A program made the position numbers and the translations under genes. The notes beneath the pieces were generated by a model that saw nothing but the letters and a program-made list of their open reading frames with translations, had not been told where the DNA came from and searched no databases. A stretch of 63,517 nt of DNA, the filler included, from Lenisia limosa (Eukaryota > Protista > Breviatea), in NCBI GenBank assembly GCA_001655205.1. It is 7 parts of 7 records of this genome, joined end to end, with 100 filler letters (N's around TTAATTAATTAA, not from the genome) between each part and the next. Parts side by side here need not be neighbours in the genome. Positions count along the whole stretch, not along the records: positions 58,234 to 63,517 come from LPNZ01003739.1; 6 more parts are not named here. The stretch is one strand, 5' to 3'. Each line of letters opens with the position of its first letter. Positions within the stretch are counted from its first letter, which is position 1. Shown piece after piece: positions 62,401 through 63,517 of the stretch.

Positions 62401-63410
62401 TCGCATAATGGTTGGGAGGTCCTATATTGGGGGCGGGGCGATGGTTAATATTGGCGTAAAGGTACTAATCACGAAGAGAATAATCTGAAATTCCAAACAA
62501 AAAACAAGCAAAAAAACAAGCAATGGGGGAGGGGGGTAGTGGGCTTATAATAGTGGGCGATGTGGGACCTCATCTCTAATATTTTAGGCCTTATTTTCCC
62601 CCCTGAGTACGAACCAATCGGTGTCAAAATGCTCTATGACGGTTGGAGGAAACGTGGAGGGATGTTGCAATGGGATATTTCGACCAAGCCATGGTTGATC
62701 GAGGGTTTCCCGGTATTGTCATCCCATTTCTAGAAAGCTTGTGGCAATTTATTACATATCCTTCTACGGGAATGTCAATACAGCATATTCCTTATATGGT
62801 AATCACAGCATATTCCTTAGATGGTAATTTGTCTAGGAGAGGAAGTGGACCTCACCCCCGAGCAAGAGGAAGTTGCTGGCTTCTACGGGTCCATGCTTGA
62901 CTCCCCGCATGCCAAGAAGGAAACCTTCCAAAAGAACTTCTTCCATGATTTCCTTCAAATTCTCAACAAAAATAGGCCGCGCAATGATGTGAGAGGGAGG
63001 TGAATTAATTTGTATGGAACAAAAGTGAAGGGCCAATAAAATCGGATTTCTTATACAGTGACCATGGTAAGCCTTGACCAGTGGGCTTTCTGTTTTAATA
63101 GGGAGGAGGAAGATGTAGATATGATATGTGTAACGAAAGAGAGAGCCCCNNNNNNNNNNNNNNNNNNNNNNNNNNNNNNNNNNNNNNNNNNNNNNNNNNN
63201 NNNNNNNNNNNNNNNNNNNNNNNNNNNNNNNNNNNNNNNNNNNNNNNNNNNNNNNNNNNNNNNNNNNNNNNNNNNNNNNNNNNNNNNNNNNNNNCCCCAC
63301 AGAAGCATAAGATTCGCGAATTCAGCAAGTGCGATTTCAACCCTATCTTCGACTATTACAAAATGGAGAGCGAGAGAAAGAAAAACCTTAACCCCGCCCA
63401 GAAGAAGGTT
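59490..63410 (+). CDS. TOP1: DNA topoisomerase IB, 5' part; the gene continues beyond the window
   Basis: Charged N-terminal exons, then [10 protein letters not shown]|[19 protein letters not shown]|[18 protein letters not shown]|[39 protein letters not shown] and [25 protein letters not shown]. These are collinear with Top1 WKWWEE..GIKWKFLEHKGPVFAPPYE..EEVATFF..FRKNFF..KCDF. Confidence 0.95.
61958..62096. repeat. 11-bp minisatellite (TAAACCCTCGA), about 12.5 copies, in a TOP1 intron
   Basis: Directly visible. The unit matches the interior of MITE family A. Confidence 0.92.
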
Positions 63411-63437
63411 GGAGGAATCGGGTTTTTTTCCAGTTAA

Positions 63438-63515
63438 ATCTCTATTAAAACTAGGACCATAGATATAAAGTCTCTATTAAAACTAGGATCATAGATATAA
63501 AGTCTCTATTAAAAC
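63438..63515. repeat. 32-bp tandem repeat (tctattaaaactaggatcatagatataaagtc), about 2.4 copies; a related single copy lies at about 2552-2580
   Basis: Directly visible. Confidence 0.85.
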
Positions 63516-63517
63516 AA

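Noticed and set aside
9669-63410. Apparent cluster of DNA/RNA-metabolism genes (SMG1, Artemis, ALYREF, PPR, MTFMT, eEF2, TOP1)
   Set aside because: The genes lie on different scaffolds joined by artificial spacers, so co-location is not evidence of a functional cluster.

Overview
Draft nuclear genome of an intron-rich eukaryote with the standard genetic code and GT-AG introns. It looks like a protist, possibly an amoebozoan, but that is inference only. The window is not one locus. Six 100-nt artificial spacers (N44-TTAATTAATTAA-N44) join seven independent scaffolds: about 1-9239, 9340-19273, 19374-35675, 35777-43101, 43202-54790, 54891-58133 and 58234-63517. Gene neighbourhood across spacers therefore means nothing. 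Genes assembled by hand from exons: WDR20/CreC-like WD40 protein, SMG1-like PIKK kinase with a long C-terminal insertion, DHHC palmitoyltransferase, Artemis-like MBL/beta-CASP nuclease, ALYREF-like first exon, PPR protein, mitochondrial Met-tRNA formyltransferase, eEF2, topoisomerase IB, plus several coiled-coil, Cys-rich or unknown genes. Mobile DNA includes decayed non-LTR retrotransposon fragments (APE, RT, RNase H), about 12 copies of a ~95-bp TA-flanked MITE, a Stowaway-like foldback element, and several small dispersed and tandem repeats. The most unusual feature is the eEF2 gene. It sits in a T-rich island and has three tiny introns (24, 25 and 23 nt), unlike the longer, often G/C-run-bearing introns of the other genes. 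I found no clearly new multi-gene system. Outer coordinates of multi-exon genes are approximate.
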